NCBI GenBank assembly: GCA_963845755.1
Contig: CAWJTV010000034.1
Coordinates: forward strand, 480,001-544,000
Source: an uncultured Planctomycetota bacterium
GTDB taxonomy: Bacteria > Planctomycetota > Planctomycetia > Isosphaerales > Isosphaeraceae
Direction: 5' to 3'
Length of the DNA: 64,000 nucleotides
Below the pieces are notes generated by a model, which worked only from the letters and a program-made list of their open reading frames with translations, had not been told where the DNA came from and ran no database searches. The first letter of the stretch is position 1, and each line of letters begins with the position of its first letter. The position numbers and the translations under genes were made by a program. Of this stretch, positions 35,733-47,565 are shown one piece after another.

Positions 35733-35759
35733 AACGATCATGAATTCTCGCATGTTTAA

Positions 35760-38700
35760 TTAATCAATCAATGGCTGCGTGCTGCGCAGATAGGCGAACA
35801 GGTCGCGGACGTCCTGGTCGCCCAGGGTCTTCAGCAGGCCCTCGGGCATGATCGATTTCGGGCTGGTCTTGATCGCGTCGATCTCGTCACGGGCGATCGT
35901 CCGTTCTTTTCCGTCGTCGGCGCGGATGACCACGACATTCTTATCCTGCTCGGTCACGACGCCACTCACGACACGGCCGTCGGTCGTGGCGAGGATCGAC
36001 ATGGTGTAGCCCTCGCGGATCTCGGCGCTCGGGTTGACCATGTTCAGCAGCATGGTCTCGAGATCATCGCGACGGTAGGTCGTCAGGTCGGGGCCGACCT
36101 TGCCCCCGTTGCCGAAGAGGGTATGACAGCGGGCGCATTGCCGGTCGAAGATCGCCCTGCCGGGCTTTGGGATGCCGGAGCCGGCACGGACGACGGCGGC
36201 CAGCCGCTCGACTTCCGCGCGGAGCTCGGCCGACGTGGCGGGCCGGATCGGTCCGAAGAGCCGGGCCACGCGATCGGCGATCCCGGTCTCTCCCGGCACG
36301 AGCAGCTTCTCGACCACCTCGCGCGGTACCGTCTGTGGGTCGATGGACCGGGCCTCGATCGCCGCGAGGAAGAGGACGGCCCAGCCCGGTCGAGAGGCGA
36401 GCAGATTCTGAGCCGATGCCAGGACGTCGTCGGCCATGTTGGGATACGCCCCGAGCACCCTGGCGGGGATGGCCGGGTCGTCGTAGCCGGCCAGTGCCGC
36501 TCAGGGCGGCGCTGCGCAGAGCATTATCGGGCGACTCGCAGGCGATACGAAGCACGACCGGCACGCAGGCCGGCCGGCGCACTTCGGCCAGGACCTGGAG
36601 GAGCTGGAGCTGCCTGGCGCGATCGGCGCGTTCGTCGGTCAGCAGTCGGAGGGCTTCGGTCATCGCCTCGGGCTTCCCCTGGCGCAGGCCGATCGTGAGC
36701 GACTGTCCGCTGTACCTGGCCAGTGCGTCGACCAGCTCAGGCGGCAGCCCGGCCAGCGATCGTCCCGCGTAGGCCGACTCGAACCCGGCCATCAGGCGCT
36801 TGACGCGATCGGGGCCCGGAGCCAGGGCCAGGAGTCGGGCGCATCGGGTCAAATCCGGCCGCGTACCGGCCGCGGCGAACCGACGCATCAGGCGATCCAG
36901 CACCATCGACTTCGCGACCGGCAGGTCCCAGACGGTCCGATCCTCGAACATCGCCAGCACCGCTTCGGGATCGGTCCCGACCTTCGACTCGATCGCCCAC
37001 CAGAGCAGGAGCGGGATGTGGATGTCGCCGGCATCCTCGCCCCGGGCCAGGAGAGCCCGGACGATCGGCAACGCATCGCGTGCCGGTAGCCGCTTCGCCG
37101 AGCACGCGAGCTGGCTGCGGACCTCGACCTCCGGCTCGATCGCGGCGCGCCGTGCCAGCGAAGCGGCGACGGACGACGAGACTTTCGAGCCATCGCAGGC
37201 CAGCCGCGCCGTCCAAAGCCGCACGAAGGGGTCGGGATAATCGAGCGTCTTCAAGGTTGTCGCTTCGTCCAGTCCACCCATGAGGTTCAAAGCCCAGAGG
37301 GTCTCGAGCGCATCTTGACCGGTTCGCTTCCCGACCAGTTCCCGGAGTTGAGGTACGAGCGACTGGTCCTTCCGATCGCCGATCAACCGCAGCGCCGTCT
37401 CGCGCGTCCACTTGTTGGAATCCGCCAGGAGTTCGACCAGCGCGGGGGTGCTCAGGGTCGCCAGATCCGTGGATTTGGCTGCCGCTCGATCTCCCTTCGC
37501 GCGGAGCCGATAGATCCTCCCGTTGCCCGGCTCGATTTGACCCTGGTGGTTGAGGTAGTGATTGACCTGGCGGTCGTACCAATCGGCGATGTAGAGCGCA
37601 CCGTCGGGGCCGAGTTTGATATCCACGGGCCGGTACCACGGGTCGGACGACGACACGGCCAGACCGACGTCCCGCGTTTGAAACGAGGAGCCATCCGGTC
37701 GAATCGCGCTCGTCACGACGTGATTGAGCAACGGCGCGACCCCGAAGAGGAGCCCGCGATAACGCTCGGGGAACGCATCGGCCTCGTAGAAGACGAACGT
37801 GTGAGTGAACCGCGGGACGCGGTTGTGCTTCATCGCCGGAAAGTAGCCGAACGCATAGGGATTCGACAGCGGACCATGCTTGTTGAACCCCTTCTGGAGA
37901 TAGGCGCCCTGGACGTAGTGGAACCCGCGTGTGTCGCCTCCATTGTGTCCCGAGTAGATCCGCCCCTTGGCATCGATCTCGACGCCGAACGCGTTGCCGC
38001 CCCCTTCGGCGAAGACCTCGTAGCGCCGGGTCTCGGGGTGGTATCGCCAAATGAGCTGTCCCATCGAGTGCACCGGCTCCTTGCCGTCATCGAGGCCCGG
38101 CCGGGTGACGTGGCCGGTGACCGTCGAGCCCTGCGCGGCGTAGAGCCAGCCGTCGGGACCCCATCGCAGACTGTTGACCACGGAGTGGGTGTCTTCCAGC
38201 CCGAATCCCTTGAGGTGGACCTCGGGGTCGCCGTCGGGCACGTCGTCGCGGTTACGGTCGGGGTAGAAAAGCAAGTACGGCGGGTTCAACACCCAGACGC
38301 CGCCGCGTCCCTGCGCCACGGCGGTCGCGATGTTCAGCCCGTCCACGAAAGTCTTGTGCCGGTCGAACACGCCGTCGCCGTCGGTATCCTCATGGATCGT
38401 GATCTTGTCCTTGCCGCGGAAATGGTGGGGCGGGGCAGGGGGGACCTTATCGTAGACCGCACGCCAGACGCCGTCGTGGCTGACCATCCGCAGCCCCGCC
38501 GGGAACGGGTACTGGAGATACTGCACGACCCAGAGCCGCCCGCGTTCGTCGAAGTTGATCGAGACCGGCTGACGGACCACCGGCTCGGCCAAGACCAGGT
38601 CGAGCTGGAGGTCGTCGGGAACTGTGAATGAGGCCAGGGCCGCGCGAGGCGAGAGCGCGCCCTGGCCGCGATCAAAAGGGACGCGGGACTCCGGGGAGGC

Positions 38701-40327
38701 CGCGGCTGCGGCAGATCCCGTGCCGGGATGCGTGCGCAATTCGGCCGCAACGGGCGGAGCGGACTTCCGGTCCAGGGCCCAGAGCACCGCGTTGCGAAGG
38801 AGTCGGCGGAACGCAGGAATCGCGAAGTCGCCCGGGTGGCCCAGCGAGGTGTAGAAGATCCGCGCATTGCCCTTGGCGTTGATCCACGCGACCGGCTCGG
38901 CCGGATGGTCCGGGATCTTTCCCATCAACAGAGGGACGGTCGAGGACGCCAGCGGACTCACCTTGTAGAGCGAGCCCTGGCCACTGAACGGTGTCTCGAC
39001 CCCGTCAACGATCGGGACGGGCTTCTTGGTGATCACCCGTTCGATGACCGGCTTGAGGTCGTTCGCGTGATGATTGGTGTAATGGCCGCCGAGGACGTCC
39101 GGGTCGAACGTGGTCCATTCGGCGTGACCGGCCGGCGCCTTGCCGCGGGTGTCGAACGCATGACAGGCCGTGCGGATGCCGACGACCGGCTTGCCGGCCT
39201 CGATGTAACGGCGGATGATCGCCATCTCGGCGGCCTTCGGTGCGCGGCGGCGGACGCTCAAGACCAAGACGTCGGCGTCGTCGAGCGCCGCGACCCCCGG
39301 GAAATCGTGCGGCGTCTTCGGATCGGCGATCGCCATCGTGCAGCGGATGCCCAGCGGCTCCAGCTCCTTGGCGGCGAATGCCGGCAAGGTTTTTTCTGTC
39401 TGGTACTCGTCCTCGCCGATCACGAACACGGCGCGGGGGCAATCGTCGGTCTGGAACCGGAACGCGGGCTGGCCGGTGAGGTCGGTCGAGAGGATGCTCG
39501 GAGCCACGTACTTCTCGACGTGCTCGATCATCCGGTTCGTCCCCTCGAAGTGGCTGACATACGGCCAGCTCCGCGAGTTATACATGGTGTCGGTGAGGTC
39601 GCGGACGAGCACGACATTCTTGCCATGGCTGGCGAGCTGACGTAGTCCGAACGGTCGTCCCAGCACGCACATATTCAAGTGAACGCCCATCAGCATGACG
39701 TTCTTGATCCCGCGGGCTTCGAGCAGGTTCCAGATCTCGACGCCCGAGTCGCTGATGGCATCTTCGTCCCGGATCTCGATCGCGGCGACCTGCGACCTCC
39801 AGGGAGATCCCTGGGGGCACTGGGGACCGTCGTCACAGCCGCCGTCGGACTGGTCGATCGGGTAGACTCCCTTTTCCTCGGAGGGGATCCGGCTGCACCA
39901 GCCGGCGATATCCTTCGGGAGGTTCGCCGCCCGGGGGGCAGTCTGTGCGCGCTTCCGTCCAGGGTAGTCCTTGTAAGCCTCCATGCAACTGCTCGGCGCG
40001 TGGATGATCAGAACGCCCTTGGCCCGCGCCGCGGCGATCGTCCGGTTCATCGCCGGTGCCACCTCGCCGACCCGACGCGTCGCCCCCTGGCACCAGTGCT
40101 GGTTCCACATGTCGCAGATGATGATGGCCGTCTGGCCCGGGTCCCAGCGCAGGACCTCGTCCTTCACGACAGACCCGCCCGAGTCCGGCACCCGTGCCCG
40201 CGCATGGAGGACCAACGGTGCGCGCGGCGGGTCCTCGACCCGCGCTCCGGCCACCGCGGCGACTGCCATGACCAGGCCGCTGAGCCAGGCCACTGCCCCC
40301 GTCCTTGCCGCACCAGGTCACACGCAT
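35760..40327 (-). CDS. PVC-type heme-binding CxxCH protein: isochorismatase-like + ThuA + beta-propeller dehydrogenase-like + HEAT + cytochrome c; frameshifted
   Basis: IICDMWNQHWC, GVHLNMCV, YTSLGH, FDERGRLWVVQ, WGPDGWLY, CARCH, VGPDLT, SIMPEGL. Confidence 0.88.
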
Positions 40328-40630
40328 GGCTGATCCTCCTTTCCTTCCCGACCGACCGGCTGCTCGATTTGCGATGTTAAACACTCGCTGGATAATCTAC
40401 CCCTCTCAACGCCAGATCGCCATGGTCGCGCGGGCTGTTCGAGCCGCGTTTACTGGAAGGCAATCCAATCAGAGAAATCGATTCAAGTACCCCAATCACT
40501 ACAAGCTTGATATACGGATTATTTTCTCCAGATTGCCGATGGGTTCGTTCGGTTCGTTTGCTGCATCTTGTCATTGAAGCGACCTCACACCGAACTCCAA
40601 TCGTTAAATTTTGCCGGATCGATACAATCG

Positions 40631-40782
40631 TGGCTTCGTTTGATCGATTTTCCGCGTCGGTTTCGTTCGCGGACCCTGTGGTTGACCGTGGTGTCTGGCT
40701 TCGTTTGATTGATTTCGGATGCGCGCGTCATCCTCTTGCATCAATCCATGCGATAGTCCCTGGCTTCGTTTTGATGATTTCG
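40631..40782. repeat. three degenerate ~22-bp direct repeats at exact 65-bp period
   Basis: TGGCTTCGTTT starts at 40631, 40696 and 40761, each followed by a GAT..GATTT(T)C-like tail. Confidence 0.65.
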
Positions 40783-41451
40783 CCATGCTGATCTCGCAGT
40801 CGTGATTTCCGGGTGTGGGCTGTCGATGAGGTGGGCGCGCACGATGACTTACAGATATTATGGGACACTTGAGCGTGCCTGGCCACGAATTCTGGAAGAA
40901 AAGTTGGCGGCGACCGGGTGTCGCCGAGGGCGAGTCGGGAAGATATACCTTTGAAGGTCAAGGGCCGCCGGCCGTGATGGCGGTATGGGAGGAGTTCCGC
41001 TCGAGGTGTGGGCTGGCCATCAGTGCAACGTCGAACCGGGCGGACAGCACGGCGAGCCGGTGGCCCAGGCATGGGCTCACGTCCTCGGCTCGCCATCTGA
41101 ACACCAGAGCAGGGGGAACGGCCGGCGGATCATGCCCTGCTGCGCCGATTATCACGCGGGTGATCTGCTCGCGGCCTTGGTCAGGTCCCGGGTGACCATC
41201 GGAAGCCGTAGAGAAGGCGCCCGCATCAGGGGTCTTCGTCCGCCGGAACAGGGAAGAGTGCAGAGGGGGTTCGGGGGAGAGGGGACGTGTCACGCGACAC
41301 CAAGTTGGATCGCGAAATCCCGACACCCGGTTTGATCGTACCTGCTCATCGGTGCGCGTTTATGGGTCGAAGGTGACAGTCGTTCAGGAGCGAAAAGGGC
41401 GGCAGCGTCAGAGCCGATCCAGCCCGCAGAGGGCCAGAGGCAACCCCTGTG

Positions 41452-41481
41452 GGTGCTTCGGTGTCGTCGGACGAATGGCAC
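41452..41481 (+). other. putative recombination core site S1
   Basis: GGTGCTTCGGT-GTCGTCGG-ACGAATGGCAC. Confidence 0.65.
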
Positions 41482-41695
41482 TAGCTTAAGCGTAACACTT
41501 TATGCCATTTGAGCTTAAGTGCGGATCTCCAGACATATTTTCAACGATTGTAGATATTCGCTTGTAATATTGATAGAGAGTTTAGCCTCAAATCAAGCCA
41601 CATGGACCCAACCTCATATCCTCCTGAATACTATTAATGGGCAAACCGTCGCGACACAACTCGTTTTCTGAAAACGAGTTACGCTTAAGCTAGTG
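41471..41695. repeat. non-coding linker L1 (233 bp including 44134-44141); right arm interrupted by intron copy 1
   Basis: terminal inverted repeat ACGAATGGCACTAGCTTAAGCGTAAC; AT-rich core homologous to L2. Confidence 0.8.
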
Positions 41696-44133
41696 ATGAG
41701 GTAGGCGGCCAGCCCCTTGATCTCAAGGGAATCCAACCGCCCCCTCCCGAACCGGACAGGCACGTTTTCGTGCATCCGGCTCTCCAGACACAGGATCTAC
41801 ATTTGTGTCACGGTCCAACCCGGTATGCCAGGTCCGCCAGTCGGAGGCCATCATATTCTCCTCGGTGGATCTTACGGTGGCACTCTCGGCAGACGGGCAC
41901 TTGCTTCCGGTTCTGGAGTCGCATCAGCCAGGCAAACCCACCGACAGGTTTGCCCTCCATCTTTCGGATGTGACGGACGTGGTGCATCTGCACCCCGACC
42001 GTTGTTTCGCAGATGATGCATGGGTGGTCCAGGCGGGACCTTGTCCGGAATCGGACGTGCATCTCCAGTGGGTCGGTTTGATCTCTTCCCGTTAGAAATG
42101 CCGTGGGGTTCCGGGTCCAGTCGGAGTTGGCTTTGAAGAAGGTGTTCCGTTCCTTCCCCTCGCCGTCTTTCCAGTTGAATTGCAGAGTGCGTCCGTGTTC
42201 GCAGAGGAGCTGCTTAACGGGCTTCTGCAACTTGTGGGCTAAGGTCTTCGCAAGTGACAAATGCAGGATGTACTGGATACGGCTCATGGAGGCGAAGTTG
42301 TCAGCAAACCTGTAGTAGTTCAACAGCCCCCAATTGGTGCTGTTGAACAGTTCGATGATGTGCTTCACCTCCAGGCAGACCCACGCTGTCTTGGATCGGG
42401 CGATGCCCTCACCGTCACAGAAGCCCTTCTGGTGAAGACGCTTGACCAGTTTCCTGATCGGCGCTCGCATCAGCGGGCTCCACCCCGTACACCGGCGCCG
42501 GTAGTGCCGCCGTTGGTTGTGGCAGTGGGTAACCTTGGGCTGTGGGTTGACGGCCCCCACCTGAAGCCGCGTCCCGAGAAAGAAGGCCTCCTCGGTCTTG
42601 GCGTGAGTGACGACCGTCTTTTCCTGGCTGAGTTGCAGTTTCAGCCTGTCCCATAGGAACGCCTGAATCTCGTCCTTGATCTGTTCGGCCAGGGACCTCG
42701 GCCCCGTGACGCCGACGATCCAATCGTCTGCATATCTGATGTATTTGACTCTGACGAAGCCAGGGTCAAACGTGTCCATCGACGGGAGAGATCGCATCTG
42801 TTTCGTCAAAGCGCGAATCTCCGGCGTCATGATCCCACCTGACCGTTTCAACGCTCGCTGCCTGCGATAGTTGATCCGGTGATACTCGGGGCTGTCCTTC
42901 CGCTTGCTGCCCTTCTCGTACTTCTGCTGTAGTCCCTCGACGAAGAGGTCGAGTTCGTGCAGGTAGATGTTGGCGAGGATAGGGCTGGCCACGCTCCCCT
43001 GCGGGGTCCCGATAAACGAGGCCCCCGGTTCCTTCCTCCATAGGTAGCCTGCCCGGAGTGCTTTCCAGATCAGGCCGATGAAGCGTTCGTCCGAGATCCT
43101 CTTCCGGATCAGGGAAACCAGGACGTGGTGATCGATCTCGTCGAAGCAGGATTTTATATCCCCTTCGATGATCCACGTCACACCAGACCACTTGGTCCTG
43201 AACTCATGCAGGGCCGTGTGAGTCCCTCGACCAGGCCGAAAACCATGGCTACAGTCGCTAAAGGTAGGCCCTTTCGGACTGTCGTAGATCGCTTCGAGGA
43301 TCACATGGATGACCTCTTGGACGATCTTGTCCCTTGGGGATGAGATGCCGAGAGGCCGCATCTTGCCATTTGCCTTGGGAATGTATTCCCGCCGCGAAGG
43401 CTTGAATTGGAAACCCTCGTCTCGCAGGGTCGCCACGATGTCGTCGATGGCATCCATGGAGAACCCATCGAGAGTCATCCCGTCGGTGCCAGGAGTCAAG
43501 TTCCCGGGAGCGGATTTGATTTTCTCATACGCGACGATGTAGAGATCCGTCTTGTAGAGGAGTCGATACAGATCCGCGTTGACCCAGTTGAGGTCCGTGT
43601 TGCACTTCCGCAGTGCTTCAAGCCTGAGTAGGGCTGAATGACTCATCCGAGTCACCCCGTTCTTGGTGAAGCCCTGTGTCCTGTCCCCCTTGGGCCGATG
43701 CCTACTACGGGGACTCTGTCGCCTTGGGCATTGCTGCCGTTAGGCGATCCCGTGGTTGTCGGTCAGGTCCGGTCCACGTTGAGGGCCTCCGTTCATCCCT
43801 TGCCCCTGCTCATTGCAGGGTGTGTCCTGCCGGAAGATCACGGAGGTGAATGGCATGCCCCCGTGAGACAGGAATCCGGGTTTCAGCGTCATTCCCGGCG
43901 GTGATCGAGCACACCCACTGGGACTGGAGTTCAAGCAATCCAGCCTTACCCATGCGTGGCCTAACTTGCGAACGTCTCTCGGCCCTTTGACGCTGGGCCT
44001 CACGTCGCTTCTTCCGCATGCTGTTGTCCCCTCGATCCTTTCGGTTGAAGGTCAGCGGAACGTTTGACCCGCCTTCTTCCAGCGGGGTCGGGGCACTCCC
44101 GACAAGACCAGACAAACCTTAGCCACGGCGCAC
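41696..44133 (-). mobile_element. group IIA (ML class, LtrB-like) intron, copy 1, 2,438 nt
   Basis: 5' GTGCG at 44133-44129; domain V/VI and terminal ...CCTACCTCAT at 41696; removal restores GAATGG|CACTAG. Confidence 0.93.
41808..43646 (-). CDS. ltrA: intron-encoded reverse transcriptase/maturase with HNH endonuclease (LtrA-like)
   Basis: RPLGI, GTPQGSVASPILANIYL, YIRYADD, C-terminal CIIC..HH..CRECH; ATG at 43646 (ORF track uses GTG 43655). Confidence 0.93.
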   Translation of the reverse strand: MSHSALLRLEALRKCNTDLNWVNADLYRLLYKTDLYIVAYEKIKSAPGNLTPGTDGMTLDGFSMDAIDDIVATLRDEGFQFKPSRREYIPKANGKMRPLGISSPRDKIVQEVIHVILEAIYDSPKGPTFSDCSHGFRPGRGTHTALHEFRTKWSGVTWIIEGDIKSCFDEIDHHVLVSLIRKRISDERFIGLIWKALRAGYLWRKEPGASFIGTPQGSVASPILANIYLHELDLFVEGLQQKYEKGSKRKDSPEYHRINYRRQRALKRSGGIMTPEIRALTKQMRSLPSMDTFDPGFVRVKYIRYADDWIVGVTGPRSLAEQIKDEIQAFLWDRLKLQLSQEKTVVTHAKTEEAFFLGTRLQVGAVNPQPKVTHCHNQRRHYRRRCTGWSPLMRAPIRKLVKRLHQKGFCDGEGIARSKTAWVCLEVKHIIELFNSTNWGLLNYYRFADNFASMSRIQYILHLSLAKTLAHKLQKPVKQLLCEHGRTLQFNWKDGEGKERNTFFKANSDWTRNPTAFLTGRDQTDPLEMHVRFRTRSRLDHPCIICETTVGVQMHHVRHIRKMEGKPVGGFAWLMRLQNRKQVPVCRECHRKIHRGEYDGLRLADLAYRVGP

Positions 44134-44159
44134 CCATTCGTCGATCACACCGAGGCAAG
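44134..44159 (-). other. putative recombination core site S2 (A-arm split by intron)
   Basis: (GTG|)CCATTCGT-CGATCAC-ACCGAGGCAAG. Confidence 0.6.
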
Positions 44160-44380
44160 CAAGCAGTAGAGGGATGACGATCTGCCTGGCTCCGCGCGGC
44201 GGTTGCGGCGCGGGGGCGTTCCGTTCACGATTGACCCGCCAGGTCTTCGGTCTCGCGTCCATCCTCGGATCCTCTCCTGTGGTAAGAAGAAGGATGACGA
44301 AGAGGCCGCCAGCCGGATACCCGGTCCTTCAATACCTGCAATTCGGTAGGATCAGGAGAATCGCAAGGGAGCCTCGCATC

Positions 44381-45163
44381 ATGAGCATCTTCGACCGATT
44401 CAAATTGACGGGAAAGCGTCTCTTCATCACGGGAGGTAGTCGCGGCTTGGGACGGGAGATGGCACTCGCGATCGCCGAGGCCGGCGCCGACGTGATCCTC
44501 GTTGGCCGCGACCCGGCAGGTTTGGAGAAGGCAGCCGGCGACATCCGCGCCCTGGGCCGCCAATGCTGGACCCTCGCGGCGGACGTCGGAAAGCCGGCCG
44601 AATGCGAAGAGGCGTGCCGGTTGGCTCTGGATCATCACGGCCCGATCGACATTCTGATCAACAACGTGGGCGGCCGGCACGAGAACATCCCCACGGAAGC
44701 GATGTCGCTCGACAAATGGCGCGAGCTGATCGACCTGAACCTCACCAGCTGCATGCAATGTACGAAATGGCTCGGCGCGGCGATGATCGAGCGCGGCGGG
44801 GGCGGGCGAATCATTAACATCGCTTCGATCAACGCGCTCGTGGCGGGGCGTGGCATCACGGGCCGGCACTACGAGACAGCGAAGGCGGCGATGCTTCAGT
44901 TCACCCGCGCGGTCGCGGCCGACTGGGCGGTGCACAAGATCACGGTAAACGCCATCCTGCCGGGCGGCTTCATGACAGAGGCGAACCAGCGCTGGTCCGA
45001 AATCCATCCGGAGGTGATCGAGCAGTTCCGCGCCAATATCCCGCTGGGCGATTTCGGCCAGCCGGAGGATCTTGGGCCGCTCGCGGTGTACCTGGCCAGC
45101 GACGCCTCGCGCTACATGACCGGGGCAGCCCTGGTGATCGACGGCGGGTACACGTTGTGGTAG
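44381..45163 (+). CDS. SDR family NAD(P)-dependent oxidoreductase (cargo 1)
   Basis: TGGSRGLG, DILINNVG, INIAS, YETAK (YxxxK), VIDGG. Confidence 0.92.
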   Translation: MSIFDRFKLTGKRLFITGGSRGLGREMALAIAEAGADVILVGRDPAGLEKAAGDIRALGRQCWTLAADVGKPAECEEACRLALDHHGPIDILINNVGGRHENIPTEAMSLDKWRELIDLNLTSCMQCTKWLGAAMIERGGGGRIINIASINALVAGRGITGRHYETAKAAMLQFTRAVAADWAVHKITVNAILPGGFMTEANQRWSEIHPEVIEQFRANIPLGDFGQPEDLGPLAVYLASDASRYMTGAALVIDGGYTLW

Positions 45164-45215
45164 GAAGACTGACGCGGGAATGTGATCACGCCAGTCTCCT
45201 TGTCGAGGACTTGAA

Positions 45216-46035
45216 ATGAACGGACCCAGAACGGTCAGATCGTTCGTGTCAAGTAGCCCGGAGTATCATCGGGCATTCCAAGCGTTCCTGGCCCACACTG
45301 ACCAGAAGGACAAGGCCAGGGAGTGGATAAGGCACGAGGTCGACGGGCTCGCGAATCGGTCGGTCATGATTGACGCGGGCGCCGGCAGCGGGCGGCTCAC
45401 TTCGTGGCTCACTCCGCTGTTCGGGACTGTGATCGCCATCGAACCGAACCCCTCCATGGAGTCGGAGCTTCGGATCGCTTGCCCAGACGCGGTGGTGATC
45501 GCCGCCACGATCGCCTCGGCCTCACCGCCGACGGCAGGGGACTTCGTGCTGTGCTCGCACGTGTTCTATCACATCCCCCGGTCGCAGTGGGAAGCGACCT
45601 TGCTGCACTTGATGGGCTGGCTAGCTCCCGGGGGCGTTCTCGCCGTCGCGTTGCAGAACCCCCGTGCTGACTGCATGCGCATGGTCAACCATTTCCTCGG
45701 GGGCCGCCTCGATCTGAGCGAGCTTTGCCCGATGGCGAACGCAGAGGATGGTGAGTATGAGGCACGGCTGGAGACCGTTCCTGCTCACATTCGCGCGCCC
45801 GACCTCGGGACAGCCTGCGAGATCGCCGAATTCTTCCTGAATGACCTGCCCATGCCCGCGCCACCGAGGTGGGAGGACCTGGAGCATTACGTTGAACGAG
45901 CATTTCAAGCAGGCCGAAGGTGGTTACCAGCTCTCGTGTCATCAAGACTTCTTACGAGTCTCCAGATCGATTGGATCGCCTCTATCGGCGATAAGAGCGG
46001 ACCGTCCGCACGGGGCGCGGCGGTCGTCCCCTTGA
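45216..46035 (+). CDS. class I SAM-dependent methyltransferase (cargo 1), frameshift near 45900
   Basis: MIDAGAGSG, IAIEPN, DFVLCSHVFYHI, LAPGG. Confidence 0.82.
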
Positions 46036-46199
46036 TCTGGGGGCGAGAGCTTCTGCGCCAAACGGTGCAGGGACTGGACCACCGTTCGGCTCGTCTCGGG
46101 AGGCCGACGGTTGATTGGCGGCTGGATGGACCGGACTATCTGGGTCTGGGACGCGACGCCGCTGCCGGAATAGCAGCGAGGGTGGGGACACTGTTCGCA

Positions 46200-46400
46200 G
46201 TCGTCCTCAATCGGCCGGCTCCGCCCGTGCAGACCTCACCTTCCTCGCGATGACGCGGCAGCGGTTCGGTCGGCCGCAAGAGGCCCGAGAGGGCCTCGAC
46301 CGCCTCCGGGAGAACCTGGAGGACCCAGCCCGCGCTAGATGGCGAGGCCCCGGGCTTCTTGCGCGAGGCCCGAGCGGTCTTTGCCGCTTCACGCCGTTGG
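46200..46400 (+). pseudogene. remnant resembling the TPR-like C-terminus of planctomycete Ser/Thr kinases
   Basis: DLTFLAMTRQRFGRPQEAREGLDRLRE; no intact start. Confidence 0.4.
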
Positions 46401-46481
46401 CCTGCGAGCCACGCTGCTGAACGATCAGCCCGGCGTGCCGCGTCGCCGTGATCTCGCCGCCGTGGAGCGCCTTCCTTTTGC

Positions 46482-46746
46482 GCGCGTCGGTCCGACGACA
46501 CGAATGGCACTAGCCTAAGCGTAAGTCGCTGATACTAAGTGACTTGTGTCTGTGACGGTCGGGGTTCTTGCAGAGAATACCCGACTATGATCATGATTTG
46601 ACGATGGGCTAGCCGGGAAACCAAGGCCTCAGATGGAGCCCCTAGGAATCCGGTCCATGGATCAAGGAAGTCCATTGTTTGCAAGTTCAATTTCTGCCAG
46701 AGGTTGCGCTTATGCTAGTGCCATTCGTGTCGTCGGACCGACGCGC
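46482..46746. repeat. linker L3 (46500-46728) with core sites S3 and S4 forming a 33-bp perfect inverted repeat
   Basis: GCGCGTCGGT-CCGACGAC-ACGAATGGCACTAGC at 46482-46514 and its exact reverse complement at 46714-46746. Confidence 0.85.
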
Positions 46747-46841
46747 AGAGAGCCGTTCCACAAGACGCCGGTGAATCCAGAACTAACCGCGTCCCTGTTC
46801 CCCTCCCTTGGATACAAATTCAAGAGGACTCGGTTTCACGC

Positions 46842-47389
46842 TCAAGCGAATCCCTTGTCTTTGAGCCACTTCTCAATCACAGATGGAAGGGTGGTGCCCG
46901 GGTTTCTCGTGTCGAAGGGCTTGTAGAGTTTGCCGTTCAGATCGGCTTGAAGGGTCTTGAGAGTCTTGTCCTTCAGCAGTAAGACCGGCTTGTTGAGGGC
47001 CATCATGTAGCCGACCTCTAGGCCGACATTGGGATTGAACTCCTCTTGCTCGATCCGATCGAAGATGGCGATGCCGAAGCCGCAGCCGTGCATGTAGGTC
47101 TTGATATTGGAGAAGGTGTCGTCGTCGTATTCCTTGTGATCGGCCCGCATGGCGGCAATTCCATGCTTTGCGGTCGTCTCCTGGATCACACGGACGATGT
47201 CACTGTGAGCGTCGGTCTCGGTGAACCGCATCATATGAAGGCGGCCTTGCGTGGGTCGGGATGCTCAGCCTGGAACGCCTGGAGGCTTTCTTGGATATCG
47301 GGCGGCAAAGATGGAAGGCTTGGCTTCGGCGGTAATGCTTTGCTTCTTCGTCCAGATGGGCGAGTCGAGACTGAACCTGGATCAGGCAT
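46842..47389 (-). CDS. nucleoside-deoxyribosyltransferase/TIR-like domain protein (cargo 2), frameshift near 47234; start uncertain
   Basis: AFI|MMRF, RAD, GIAIFD, NPNVGLEVGYMMALNKPVLLL, LQADL. Confidence 0.7.
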
Positions 47390-47565
47390 CTCAACGAGCG
47401 CAGCACTCGAATAGTTCGCCAGGCGCCGCCCCTTTCCTTCGTCCCACACGCATTCAAGATTGCTAAACATTGAGTCTACTTGCGCAGTATGGGTAAGCTG
47501 GCCCCCCCCTCAGACTACGCAGTCCGCTTGGAATATTAGCAATATCCCTCGGCAAAGACGAGGAA

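Noticed and set aside
1980..40327. Many split genes as pseudogenes or programmed frameshifts
   Set aside because: Single-base shifts hit many unrelated genes, including aroA, without other decay; this is most consistent with long-read indel errors.
40631..40782. CRISPR array
   Set aside because: Only three short degenerate repeats, and no cas genes in the window.
40800..41280. Short ORFs left of the transposon end
   Set aside because: No recognisable family or consistent reading frame.
41481..41693. Linker as a simple CTAG-duplicating MITE inserted into CGAATGGCACTAGTGCCATTCG
   Set aside because: Formally possible, but the matched and flipped spacers and the reconstructable B-spacer-B palindromes lie outside the A-arm, which places the boundary there. 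Kept as a less favoured alternative.
43638..44115. Small ORFs upstream of the RT genes (mirrored at 49024-49501)
   Set aside because: They lie within intron RNA domains I-III and show no protein features.
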